Notes under the pieces: model-generated
Databases searched by the model: none
Told to the model about the DNA's origin: nothing
Seen by the model: the letters and a program-made list of their open reading frames with translations, nothing else
In this document: positions 32,577 to 42,535 of the stretch, piece by piece
Layout: every line of letters starts with the position of its first letter
Position numbering within the stretch: position 1 is the stretch's first letter
Made by a program: the position numbers and the translations under genes
NCBI GenBank assembly: GCA_051599415.1
Contig: AP039699.1
Location: 372,001 to 436,000 of the forward strand
From: Savitreella phatthalungensis
Lineage: Eukaryota
DNA length: 64,000 nt
Direction: 5' to 3'

Positions 32577-35381
32577 CTATAGTTTTCCTGCGGCAAAGTC
32601 GAGCAGCAATCTCGAGAGCCTTGCCGGGTCACTGGCGACCGCTGGGTCAGCCGCAATTTCAGGCCGAGCTTGCAGGAATGTTAAAAGCATATTCGTGTCG
32701 CTCTCTGTGAGATTGGGTGCTGTCGCTGCGACTGGTTGCGGTGCAGGCGTGGCTGTGGCGCTTGCAGCGGCAGGTGCTGTTTGCCTATTGCCTTGGGCTT
32801 CACGACCTCCCTGCTTGTTGTCAAAGTAATTTCGCTGGGCGGGAGCGAAGCCAGTCGGCGTTGGTGCACCGACAGATGGTGTCGATGGCATGTTGTTGGA
32901 ATCCGCCGCACTCGATGACTTTCGGAGTAGGGCTGGCCCACTTGTTTGCAATGCTGGCAAGGGAGCGGTCGGCGACTTGAGACTCGCCTCGGGCAGAGCT
33001 ACACTGCTTGTTGACGCAGCACGACCGGTGATAGGGCGCTCAACCACAAGCATAGCCAATAACAAGTTGGCAGTTCTCCTCGTAGAGATCGTGTGTTTTG
33101 GTAATGTCTCGACGAATTCTGGCAGTGGCTCGTCCGATGCCAGCGGCACGAGGTAGCCGTCACGAATGCGGAAGCCGGAGGGGTGCGGCGAGCCGGGCTT
33201 GAGAACGCCGAATCGAGATTTGCTGACAAAGTAATTCGACAGCCGGTCAATGGCACGGTTTTCAGAAGTGCGTGGCTCTATGATAAGACACATGACTGCT
33301 TTCGAGCTGGAGTGACGCTGATGGAGTAGGTATTTCGTTGCATCTGGCTTAGCGATGCGACCATCGATCTGCATGAGGCTCGGGAGGATATCACGCCAAC
33401 TGGCGTCCAGCGGATCATCCTTCGGTCCACCGGCCAGTGTGGCATTCGCCTCGAACTCGCTCACCCCCGTCATTATCACCTTGCCTGACCACACCTTGGG
33501 CCGCTGCTCATCTACGTATCCTGCGGTCTCGTTCGTGTCAGCTGCCAGGATCGCGTGGACATCCTCGTCTGAGTCGAGGTTCGCTGCATCGTTGTCGTAG
33601 TTTGGTGAGCGTGGAGGGTTGCTGCTGGTCGCGGCGCTGGTAGTGGCCATGACAGGATCGCGAGGCCGAGTCAGAACTGGCTGCTTCTGTGGCGGTGGCG
33701 TGTCGAATGCGCTGCCCGTCGCGGTCGAGTCATTAGATGCTTCTGAAGCAGCGGGACTACGAGCGATGCCCACATCCTGCTCAACTTGAGGCGTGTTTCT
33801 GAGCGGTGAGTCTTCGTCAGCTGAACGCGCAGCCTGTGGAAGAACAGCTGAACTGGATGCAGCTGCAACATTGTCGTCAGGCCCTTCAATGATCTCTTCG
33901 CCCTTATGAGTACGACGGATACGTGGCCCGTTATCGACCTCGAGCACTGATTGACGCATGGCCTCCTCACGCACCTGCTCGGCGAGTGCTTTGGCTTCTG
34001 GGTTCGCCATGTCTTCCGAGGTCATCAGAACAAGTGTCGTTGGCTGAATTGATCCTGCGAGCACACGCTTTCTCAAGGAAGGATTCTTCGGGTCTTTGAG
34101 GTTGAAGCTGAGCTGTCTGTATTTGTCCTTGTATTTCTGTCCGACAGACGAGGTCGCTGATGGTTCGATCAAGGCTCTGTACATGGCAAACTCTACAGCG
34201 AAAGCTGTGCTTTGTGCAAGAGAGAGTTGTGCGTCTGGTTTCGTCGGAAATTCGGCCGGTGGCTCCTCTGAGACAACAAGCTCTGCTGCCTTCTGGAGAT
34301 CATTGATGAGCGCCTTTGCAACACTCCGCCGTAAAGGATCTTGCATTTCATCGAGATTGCTGGATGCTGTTGTGGATTGATCGACTGCGTTCGACTTCTT
34401 GCCCTTGATTGGTGGCTTCTTGCCGGCCATAGTGGTTGACTTGCGACGGGGCGATTTGGAAGCAGTGCCGGACAAAGACCGCTTTCGTGGTCGAGGAACG
34501 ACCTGGATCTCATCTTCAGGGTCAGTCTCCTCGTTCCCTGCGGATACATCGCTATCGCCATGGTCGTCATCTGAAACGGCAGCGTCCTTCATGTCCACAT
34601 ATGCATCATCATCGTCATCAGCTACGGCTTCGGCTGATGTTGAAGCTACCGGGCCGAGAGAAGTCCGCTTGCGCTTGCGAATGGACTGCTGAGCAGGTTT
34701 ACGGCTTTTCACACTCTTACCTCCGAGCAACCGACGCAATAGCTTCTTGTGTAGATCTGGCCGACACTGTTCGCAGAAGTATTGCTCAGGAATGGCGTCA
34801 TCCGAAAGGCCCACGCAAGGAGCGTGCTGCCATACTTGACACTTATCACACTGGATAAATGTCTTATCGTCATCTTCGACCTCTTCTGTTTGACCGCAAA
34901 CGCAACGAATAGCATCTGCGGAATCATCTGCAGCAGCAGTGGAAGTATTGTTGACTCGAGCCTCGTCATCGTCATCCTCATCTTCGTCGTTGGTCGCGGG
35001 AGTTGCTACACTGTCCTGGTCATCATCATCGTTGTTAACAAAGTTTTCCTTGGCAGAATCGAGTATAGCCTGCCATCTATCGCTTGTGTCTACCCGATTT
35101 GCTCTCCGTGCGCGGCCGGAGCCGGTGCCTGTCATAGGCGTGTCGACGTCTGCGACTTTGCTCAGTTGCGTTGCTCGTTCCACTGCCTGATCTGCATCTT
35201 CTTCTTCTCCGCCTCCATGTTGGTCACCTTCACTGATCGAGCCGGAGGATTTTCGACGCTTGCTGTCTCGTAAGGCGATACCCTGCAGGGCTTTCGCTGA
35301 CGGCGTTCGCGAGCGACCGGAGACAGGACGAGGTGCACGCCTGGCTTTAGAAGAAGTCGACGAGGACGACACAGTGGCCAT
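32577..35381 (-). CDS. BYE1: Transcription factor Bye1-like (PHD + TFIIS central + SPOC)
   Basis: IRCVCG..FIQCDKCQVWQHAPCVG..YFCEQCRP; YKDKYRQLSFNLKDPKN; SPOC VWSGKV..IDGRI; first ATG 35381. Confidence 0.88.
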   Translation of the reverse strand: MATVSSSSTSSKARRAPRPVSGRSRTPSAKALQGIALRDSKRRKSSGSISEGDQHGGGEEEDADQAVERATQLSKVADVDTPMTGTGSGRARRANRVDTSDRWQAILDSAKENFVNNDDDDQDSVATPATNDEDEDDDDEARVNNTSTAAADDSADAIRCVCGQTEEVEDDDKTFIQCDKCQVWQHAPCVGLSDDAIPEQYFCEQCRPDLHKKLLRRLLGGKSVKSRKPAQQSIRKRKRTSLGPVASTSAEAVADDDDDAYVDMKDAAVSDDDHGDSDVSAGNEETDPEDEIQVVPRPRKRSLSGTASKSPRRKSTTMAGKKPPIKGKKSNAVDQSTTASSNLDEMQDPLRRSVAKALINDLQKAAELVVSEEPPAEFPTKPDAQLSLAQSTAFAVEFAMYRALIEPSATSSVGQKYKDKYRQLSFNLKDPKNPSLRKRVLAGSIQPTTLVLMTSEDMANPEAKALAEQVREEAMRQSVLEVDNGPRIRRTHKGEEIIEGPDDNVAAASSSAVLPQAARSADEDSPLRNTPQVEQDVGIARSPAASEASNDSTATGSAFDTPPPQKQPVLTRPRDPVMATTSAATSSNPPRSPNYDNDAANLDSDEDVHAILAADTNETAGYVDEQRPKVWSGKVIMTGVSEFEANATLAGGPKDDPLDASWRDILPSLMQIDGRIAKPDATKYLLHQRHSSSKAVMCLIIEPRTSENRAIDRLSNYFVSKSRFGVLKPGSPHPSGFRIRDGYLVPLASDEPLPEFVETLPKHTISTRRTANLLLAMLVVERPITGRAASTSSVALPEASLKSPTAPLPALQTSGPALLRKSSSAADSNNMPSTPSVGAPTPTGFAPAQRNYFDNKQGGREAQGNRQTAPAAASATATPAPQPVAATAPNLTESDTNMLLTFLQARPEIAADPAVASDPARLSRLLLDFAAGKL

Positions 35382-35981
35382 TCGAAGATCAGAGAATGGC
35401 AAGATTGACAAAGGATATGACGTCTACGACGGGCAATAAGTGGAGGATCGTGTATGTCAGTCAAGCAGAAGAATGATTGATGAAAGACAAGCGCAAAAGG
35501 TTATGACAGACTGATTGATGTCGTCGATGACCGGTAGACAGCCCAATGTCGTCCCGGCAGGAAGCTTTAGTCTGCTTGATCTGTGACTTTTGACGATATG
35601 ATAGACAGGTGTCGGGTGATGTTTGTGCTTTGGAGGTTAGCGTGAATATCATATGCAGGAATAAAGACTCATCCCGATATAAGATGTGGGATTATTCAGA
35701 AATCAACACATATTCAATGTCAATTACATGCCAGATCAGTAAGCATTAATTTTGATTGAAAAACAAATAGAAATTCCTCAGTTAGTTCTAATAAGCGTCT
35801 ATGAAATCGATCCTGAATGATACACTCCTTATAGATTACAAATGCTATATTTAGCAGGGTCTGGGCTGCGGCAAGCACGTGATACAGTGTCTCCTGTTCT
35901 CCGGCTCCGAGACCCGTTGTACCATTGTTCCATAGCTACAACCCTCAGTGTCCTTCTAAGCATTGATGAAATTTTACATGG

Positions 35982-37445
35982 CTACTGATAGGCCTCTTTA
36001 GTGAGCGCCTCGATATCAGCCACCTCCTTGACAGCCTCGACGCTGAGCACGGTAGGCACTTCCGAGCCTATGCATACGCTGTCTTCGACACGGAGTCCTA
36101 TACCGCGGAAATGCTTCGGCCATCGGTCGTCGTGGGAAACGTAGCAACCTGGTTCGATTGTCACTGTATGCCCTTGTTCGAACGGCTCGAAAGAGCCAAG
36201 AGTAGAGCAGTCGTGGATTTCCAAGCCGATGTGGTGGCCAACCCTGTGAGGATAGAGGTGCTTCTCAACGTCACCATGCCGGAGCTCGAACCCGAGATCT
36301 CGCAACTCAGTCCTCATCATATCAACAGATCGCTCGTGGACATATTGCATGCCATGACCGCTGTCACTCACACATAGCTTGATACAGGCTCGCTCGACCC
36401 GCAGCACGGCTTCGTAGAGGTCTCTTTGAGGACTGGTGAAGCATCTCGACAGCGGCCACGCGCGAGACACATCCGCAAGGTATCCACCGACTTCCGCACC
36501 TGCATCGACGAACACAAGTCCGTCCTGCTGGGTTAGCAAGGCATCATTGTGCGTGTAATGAATCATAGAGGCGCGTGATCCCCCAGCAATGACAGGTACA
36601 TAGCCGTCACGCTGGGCACCATGATGAACAAAGCCGTAGCTCAGATATGCTTGCAGTTCGCGCTCAGATTTTCCGAGCCAAGGCTGTCGCATTGCATCGG
36701 TAATGGCACGACCAGAGGCAGCGCCAGCACGCCGCATTAGAGAGACTTCAGCTGAACTCTTGACACTGCGGAGCCGATGCACGAGTGGAGACAATGGTTT
36801 CGTGCGCTTGTTGTCTAGGGCACGAAGCATCTCTCCTTGCCGAGAACCGGCGAGTTCAGGCGCATCCCTTCGATCGAAGTAGATAGTGTCTGCGTTTGTC
36901 GCCAGCCGTCGAATCAAAGGCGTCAGCTCGTGCAGGTGGTGGGTCTCATCTGCGCCGAACAGAGTCTTCGCAGCGTCGAGCCCTGTTCGTGCACCGTTCC
37001 AAGACTCCTCTTCGGCGTCTTTCGGTTGACAGAAGACATGCATCTCGTAGCCACGAGAAGTTGCATCAGAGGTTCTGAGCACGCACGCCGTATCCGGCTC
37101 GTCGATCCCCGTCAGATACATCATATTCGCATTCTGTCGAAACTCATGGAAGGCCACACCACGCATGTACCGGCGACTCCCACCGGGAATAAGTACGACT
37201 GCGTTGTTTGGCAGCTGTTTGACCAGCTTCGTTCTACGTAGCTCATATTCGGTCGCGCTTATGCCTGGCGTGATCTCGTTAGGTCCGACGAGGTGCGGAT
37301 GCGTGACATGCAAGGGCTGTCCGAAAAGATCGCCAGGTTGCAGGGACGTAGAGTAGTGATGCGATGAGCCAGGAACCGGTCTCCGTGTACATCTGGCGGC
37401 CGTTCTAGCCACGGCACTCAGGCCTCGCCATGCTGGACCGAGCAT
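35982..37445 (-). CDS. ICP55: Mitochondrial intermediate cleaving peptidase (Xaa-Pro aminopeptidase family)
   Basis: Arg-rich presequence from ATG 37445; THPHL..GEITPGIS-like, VDAGAE.GGY.ADVSR, HRVGHHIGLEIHD, TIEPG, GLRVED. Confidence 0.9.
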   Translation of the reverse strand: MLGPAWRGLSAVARTAARCTRRPVPGSSHHYSTSLQPGDLFGQPLHVTHPHLVGPNEITPGISATEYELRRTKLVKQLPNNAVVLIPGGSRRYMRGVAFHEFRQNANMMYLTGIDEPDTACVLRTSDATSRGYEMHVFCQPKDAEEESWNGARTGLDAAKTLFGADETHHLHELTPLIRRLATNADTIYFDRRDAPELAGSRQGEMLRALDNKRTKPLSPLVHRLRSVKSSAEVSLMRRAGAASGRAITDAMRQPWLGKSERELQAYLSYGFVHHGAQRDGYVPVIAGGSRASMIHYTHNDALLTQQDGLVFVDAGAEVGGYLADVSRAWPLSRCFTSPQRDLYEAVLRVERACIKLCVSDSGHGMQYVHERSVDMMRTELRDLGFELRHGDVEKHLYPHRVGHHIGLEIHDCSTLGSFEPFEQGHTVTIEPGCYVSHDDRWPKHFRGIGLRVEDSVCIGSEVPTVLSVEAVKEVADIEALTKEAYQ

Positions 37446-37631
37446 GCACACCACTGAGATGGCTTCCAGGTCGTCAAGTGCAAATCTTCTTGAGGTCCTC
37501 GCCAGATTAGGATTAGTCTGGACGGCACTAGACCCTGAGAAGTCGAGAAAGCTCACTGGACATGAGCCTCGAAGCTCGGCGTGCGCCTCGTGTGACGTTG
37601 ATGGTGCTGTGGCTCGTCAGCTACAGAAATT

Positions 37632-39106
37632 CAATGTAAAAAATGCCCGATTTTTACAGCCGATATTTTTCCAATTTAGCCAGATCAAATATTCATGGTA
37701 GCAGGTAAAGCACGTGTGTTCCAGGTAAACTGCTGCATCTCCGGCTGTTGAGGCAAAACAGCAGGCAGCTTGTCACATTAGCTGTCTAACACTGTCATGC
37801 GGTAGCACATAAATTAGCCGTTACTCTGAAACAGCCCGCTGTATCAAGTTTAAGCCGCTACATGCAGATTCCAGCGGCTGATTTTGACACAGCTGGCTAG
37901 AATGATGTCAGAGGAGGCTAATTTAATCTATCAAGGGCTATTCTTGAAGAGAGTTGATCAACTTGGATGATTTCTTGGCCAGCTACCACTTAATCGGAAA
38001 CATACCAACACTGAATGTGAAACACGAATGTTGGACTTGGTCATGTATCTGCTGTACTTGAAACAAGATCACACAAAATGCGTAGCTTGACACCACACCA
38101 GTTAGCAGTAACCTGTAACCTTGAGGTCATCATTGTGTGTGTACAGCATAATGATGATCTCAATGCTACTGTCTTGCAGCTGCTGACAGATTGCCATGAG
38201 TGCCGTTGTCATGTTGCGTCGTGTCTTGTCTGCCTGAAACAGCACGCTACCCGTCAACTGACAATTGTCAGCTGTTACTGACATGCTACGCACTCAACCT
38301 CAAACACAGCATGATTTATCATACTTGTCAACCTGGAGCACATCAATCTACACAAAGAGGGAGGACTGGTTACGCAGGCGTCACACTACTCTGACAGCAA
38401 TCTATTTGGCTCGGACGCGATCCTGTCAGTCATCAATCTGAAACGCCCTCTGTATCAGTAGTCTGCATGTGCAGCAAAGGTACGGCTGCTCATATCGGCA
38501 TCCTACACACTATGCTCGAGCTGATCGACAATCTATCTTGATGTGACAGTCCAACAACTTTCTGATACTGCTCCTCTAGGCTTGACGGCAATCTATCTGA
38601 CGGCAATCTATCTGACGGCAATCTATCTGACGGCAACCTATCTGACGGTAATCGATCTGACGTTGATCTATCTGACGGTAATCTGACGACAATCTATTTC
38701 CGGCTGCTATCTCTGACAACATCTTGTCGGTCTGATACAGTCCTCAAGGCAGCTACAGGTTATCTCGGCAGTCATGTCACGTGCATTCCTGTGACCATGA
38801 CGCACTTCAGGCTGTTTTATGTATTCTAGCTATGATCAATTCAATCTATGTGTAATTCCCGTTGTTTCAGATTGATTATAGCCACGTTGTTGAAATTAGC
38901 GGCTCGTTCACAAAGTTAGCCGCTGATTTGGTTTCAGCCGGAGTGCTCTATCACCATGGTGCGAATCGATTTAGATTCTGACTTTGGACAGCGGGAGTGT
39001 TTCCTATAGAGTGAATGGCTCATTTTTAGATAGGGCTAACTCCCATAATGAATGGGCTAATTCCTTGGTTTTTTTAGGCTAATATTTTCATGCATTTTTT
39101 ACATTG
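37632..39106. mobile_element. Non-autonomous TIR DNA transposon (1475 bp)
   Basis: Perfect 15-bp TIRs CAATGTAAAAAATGC (37632-37646) / GCATTTTTTACATTG (39092-39106); flanking ATT/ATT; phased subterminal (T)AGCC motifs at both ends; no intact long ORF. Confidence 0.75.
38583..38697 (+). repeat. 15-bp minisatellite TGACGGCAATCTATC, about 8 copies, degenerating 3'
   Basis: Direct reading; lies inside the TIR element. Confidence 0.92.
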
Positions 39107-39270
39107 ATTGCCCAGGTTGATTTTGAAATTCAGGACTTTTTCATCACGACTGCGTATGCATCGAAGATGCATATGCACGGAGGATAGCGTAAAGCATCTT
39201 TTCAAATCCGAAAACATCATCTACAGAGAAGAAGAGAGGAAAGCTACCAGCAGCACCAGTATCACACATC

Positions 39271-39610
39271 ATGTCTTTCTTCGGTAGCGCTGCCAAGAAC
39301 CAGCAGACTGTCAACCCACAAGCCGTCGCGCAGGCTGAGGGCGAGCTTGAGATGATTATGGACCTGTTCCAAAAGTAAGGCGACATATTGACGTTAGACT
39401 TACCAAGGTCATCATACTGACATTCTCTTCTTCAGGCTCGGCAACAGCTGTCATGCAAAGTGTATCAACAAGTCGTACTACGAGGCTGAGCTATCGAAGG
39501 GGGAGAGCGTTTGCATTGACCGGTGCGTGTCAAAGTACTTTGCTACAAACACAAAGATCGGGGAGAAGCTGCAGCAGAAGATGGAGTCTGGCATGCCAAT
39601 GGGCATCTAA
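39271..39610 (+). CDS. TIM10: Mitochondrial IMS chaperone Tim10
   Basis: Exons 39271-39374 and 39436-39610; AEGELEMIMDLFQKL..SCHAKCI..YYEAELSKGESVCIDRCVSKY twin CX3C; absent from ORF track. Confidence 0.93.
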
Positions 39611-39764
39611 ATGACGATCTCTTGCAACTTCAGGAAACATCATCGAAAGAAGCGACGATTGCTTCGTCGCTAGCACGGCTTTTCTTGTATATCTCTCTCA
39701 ACTCTCGTGACGACATTATCAGCATTTCCCCTCTACCTCTCTCTTTATGCGAAGTCAGAAGTGC

Positions 39765-40635
39765 CTATGTCTGTGCATCATCCTTCTTGAACAAGCCTTC
39801 CTTTTTCAGCAGCGCATCAATTTCTTCTGGTGTCCATATGTGGTGGTAGACGTTGCCCTCTTTGTTTTTGCCGACCGTGGCGAGCTCGACTACAATTGTT
39901 AGTTCCAAGTTCATGGATGGCAGTCTGCAAGGCAGCTATGCGCTGATAACTTACCTTTCTCTGAAGAGAGCGTCGAGCCGTCCATGGTCTTGCTCAGCAC
40001 CTTGAGTGCGAGGGAGCAGCATGCTTCTAGAGTCATATCGTCATTATAGTCCTGCTTGAGGAGCGATTGAGCCGATTGGTTGTTGGCGCCCACAGACGTG
40101 GCTTTCCAACCACCGTAGTTGCCAGACGGATTGCTCTGGTACAACTGAAAGCCGTGGATCTTGTCATAACCAGCATAGACAAAAGAGACGCCGAATGGCC
40201 GGAGTCCGCCGTATTGTGTGTAGCCCTGCTTTAGATCGCACATCCGCCGAACGAGCTGCTCTACTGGAATATTGACGTTATACGTCAGCAGAGATTTCTG
40301 AGCTGCTTCCCGTGCATAGTTGATGAGAATATTGGCGTCGGAAGTGATTCCCGCTACACCACAAAGTATATCGTCGTTGAGGACGTAGATCTTCTCTGTT
40401 GATGTGTCTTGCTCGAGCAGCTTTGATAGGACCTTCTTCTCGCTGACAAGGACGACGCCATCTGTGCCTTGAATTCCAAGCACTGTGCCAGCCTGGGATA
40501 TTGCCTGCATGGCATACTCGACCTGGTATAGTCTGCCTTCCGGCGAAAAGGTGGTTACGCGGGAGTCTGTCTGGTCAGTTTACGTGCTTTGCGATTTGTC
40601 CAATGGCGCAGTAGCATACCATATCGTCTCGCCAT
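39765..40635 (-). CDS. PRE9: 20S proteasome subunit alpha-3
   Basis: Exons 40635-40620, 40566-39955, 39889-39765; [52 protein letters not shown]. Confidence 0.95.
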
Positions 40636-41354
40636 GATAGTGACTGTGATTGATTGTTATCGACTTGTACACTATAGGATGACCAGTGTGTACTTGTAAA
40701 CCAGATGCTGCATTACGGTGTTTGGACGAACATACGTATATTGAGCAGCGTAGTAGTAGACGCGCTAGCATACGTACGTACGTGTCTGTGCGTACACGTG
40801 TTTGCCCAGGTAGCCTATTGCCAATGCACGCCCAGTCAGCATATGCAGACCAATCTGCGCCACAGACCATGAATTTAACAGCAAGCTCATGCATGAGACA
40901 GCCACCAGCTCAAATCGAAATCAGTGGACTGACTACACTATATATCATACTTTGAATGAGGAAATCAATTGATCCAAGCAGATCAAAGGTGATTGAATTG
41001 TATACCCAATAACCTCGAATACTTTATAATTGAGCAGTCGAACCGCGCACGGGTGGCAATACCGGAGAACGAGAAAGAGGTTCACGTGAGACAAGGCTGC
41101 AGATCACCAAGCAGTACATCGATTGACTCTCAGCGCGTCTCGAAAATTGGAAGGCTCTATCATTGCCTTATTCTGTCAAGCTTCTTCACAGGTCTAGTTT
41201 ACTCATTCGCATCGCTGCAACCCCAGCCCTGCCGTCAAATTGACTCACCGATCCTAATCGACTCAAGCAGCACGATCTCATGTGTTCGCAGCATCATGCA
41301 GCGAAGGCATCGGAACGACTTTCAAACTCTCCTTTGTCTGACGTCCAATCTTGC

Positions 41355-42374
41355 ATGAGTATGGTGAGTGACAAATGCTTGAGCTCCGAATCATCTACTA
41401 AACACCAGATCTGGTATCGCTATCGACTTGATCATGATACGGACTGGTCTAATTACTCGAGTCCTTGTTTCGTCCAGCTCGGTTCTTATCATATCGACGT
41501 ACGTCACACCGACATCGAAGCTCAGCAGACACTCGTCGCCACAATTCCGTTGACTTTGACCGGACTAGAGGTTATGCATTGCCGTCCCGTCATGGTATTG
41601 ACGCGTCATGCAAACAGGCCCCAGCAACTGCGTCACGACTACCTCAACTTCCACAGTTCAGCAGACTTTGACCGCATCATGCAGAGACTTACTCGCCTTG
41701 GAATTCACGCTGTTCAGAAACCGTATTCAGAGCTCATACGCGTGCCCGTCGTTACACCTGAGTCCCTGAATGCAAAGCGATCGCTTGATACGTCAAAGGA
41801 AGCTACATCCGATTCAGCGCGGTCTCTATTGCCGCATTTTGAATTGCCAGGACGAACCCAATATTCAAAGACACTGCTTCAGATACTTGATCGTTCAAAA
41901 GCCGCCTTTACATCATCCCGCAAAGACACTCTACCATTGAAGAAGCCTCGTCTGAAGAAGGTGCAGACTGATGAGTACGATATCAATCACTCTGAAGAGA
42001 CTAGTACTGTTCAAGCACCGCAGTGCACCGCAGGTAGCATCTCAGACTGTCACAGCCAATCGTTGACTGAGCATCAGACGGCAGAGCATGCTCGTACAGC
42101 TGCTGCGAGCCTTGCACAGCCGAGCGACGAATGTGGAGTGGCACTGGCAGGGAGGAGTTCTACGAGAGCAGCTCACTCGAGTGGTGGCATGCGGCCTGCT
42201 TCGCTGCGAGGCAACTCGGAAGAGCACATTCCGGAGCCCGAGCATGCACGCAGGCCTACTTGGGAGGAAAAGCTGATCGCCTTTGTCAGGTCCCATGGCG
42301 CCGCCGATAAGGTCGCCAGGGCTGAAACGGTGTTGCGACAATTAGGAGTTGCTCGAGATGATCCTGTGAGCTAA
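41355..42374 (+). CDS. Unknown protein, possibly meiotic recombination factor Rec114/Rec7
   Basis: Probable in-frame intron 41364-41408 (GTGAGT..TACTAAA..CAG); PH-like N-terminus ending LNFHSSADFDRIMQRL, disordered middle, C-terminal helix DKVARAETVLRQL. Confidence 0.45.
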   Translation: MSMVSDKCLSSESSTKHQIWYRYRLDHDTDWSNYSSPCFVQLGSYHIDVRHTDIEAQQTLVATIPLTLTGLEVMHCRPVMVLTRHANRPQQLRHDYLNFHSSADFDRIMQRLTRLGIHAVQKPYSELIRVPVVTPESLNAKRSLDTSKEATSDSARSLLPHFELPGRTQYSKTLLQILDRSKAAFTSSRKDTLPLKKPRLKKVQTDEYDINHSEETSTVQAPQCTAGSISDCHSQSLTEHQTAEHARTAAASLAQPSDECGVALAGRSSTRAAHSSGGMRPASLRGNSEEHIPEPEHARRPTWEEKLIAFVRSHGAADKVARAETVLRQLGVARDDPVS

Positions 42375-42405
42375 ACACATCACTGATATGCGGAACGTCG
42401 AACAC

Positions 42406-42480
42406 AATCATATCCGCAGCAATCATATCCGCAGCAATCATATCCGCAGCAATCATATCCGCAGCAATCATATCCGCAGC
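42406..42480 (+). repeat. Perfect 15-bp tandem repeat AATCATATCCGCAGC x5
   Basis: Direct reading; between convergent stop codons. Confidence 0.97.
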
Positions 42481-42535
42481 TCTTTTTCTCATAATCATAT
42501 TCCGTGAGTAGCAGCTCAAGGCCGTCTAGTATGTC

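Noticed and set aside
35382..37556. N-terminal extensions of BYE1 and ICP55 in the ORF track (also TAF3, VPS27, DOHH)
   Set aside because: Non-ATG starts without targeting-peptide character, unlike OLA1; first ATG used
38583..38697. 15-bp repeats as a CRISPR array (also 42406-42480)
   Set aside because: Head-to-tail units with no spacers; eukaryotic context
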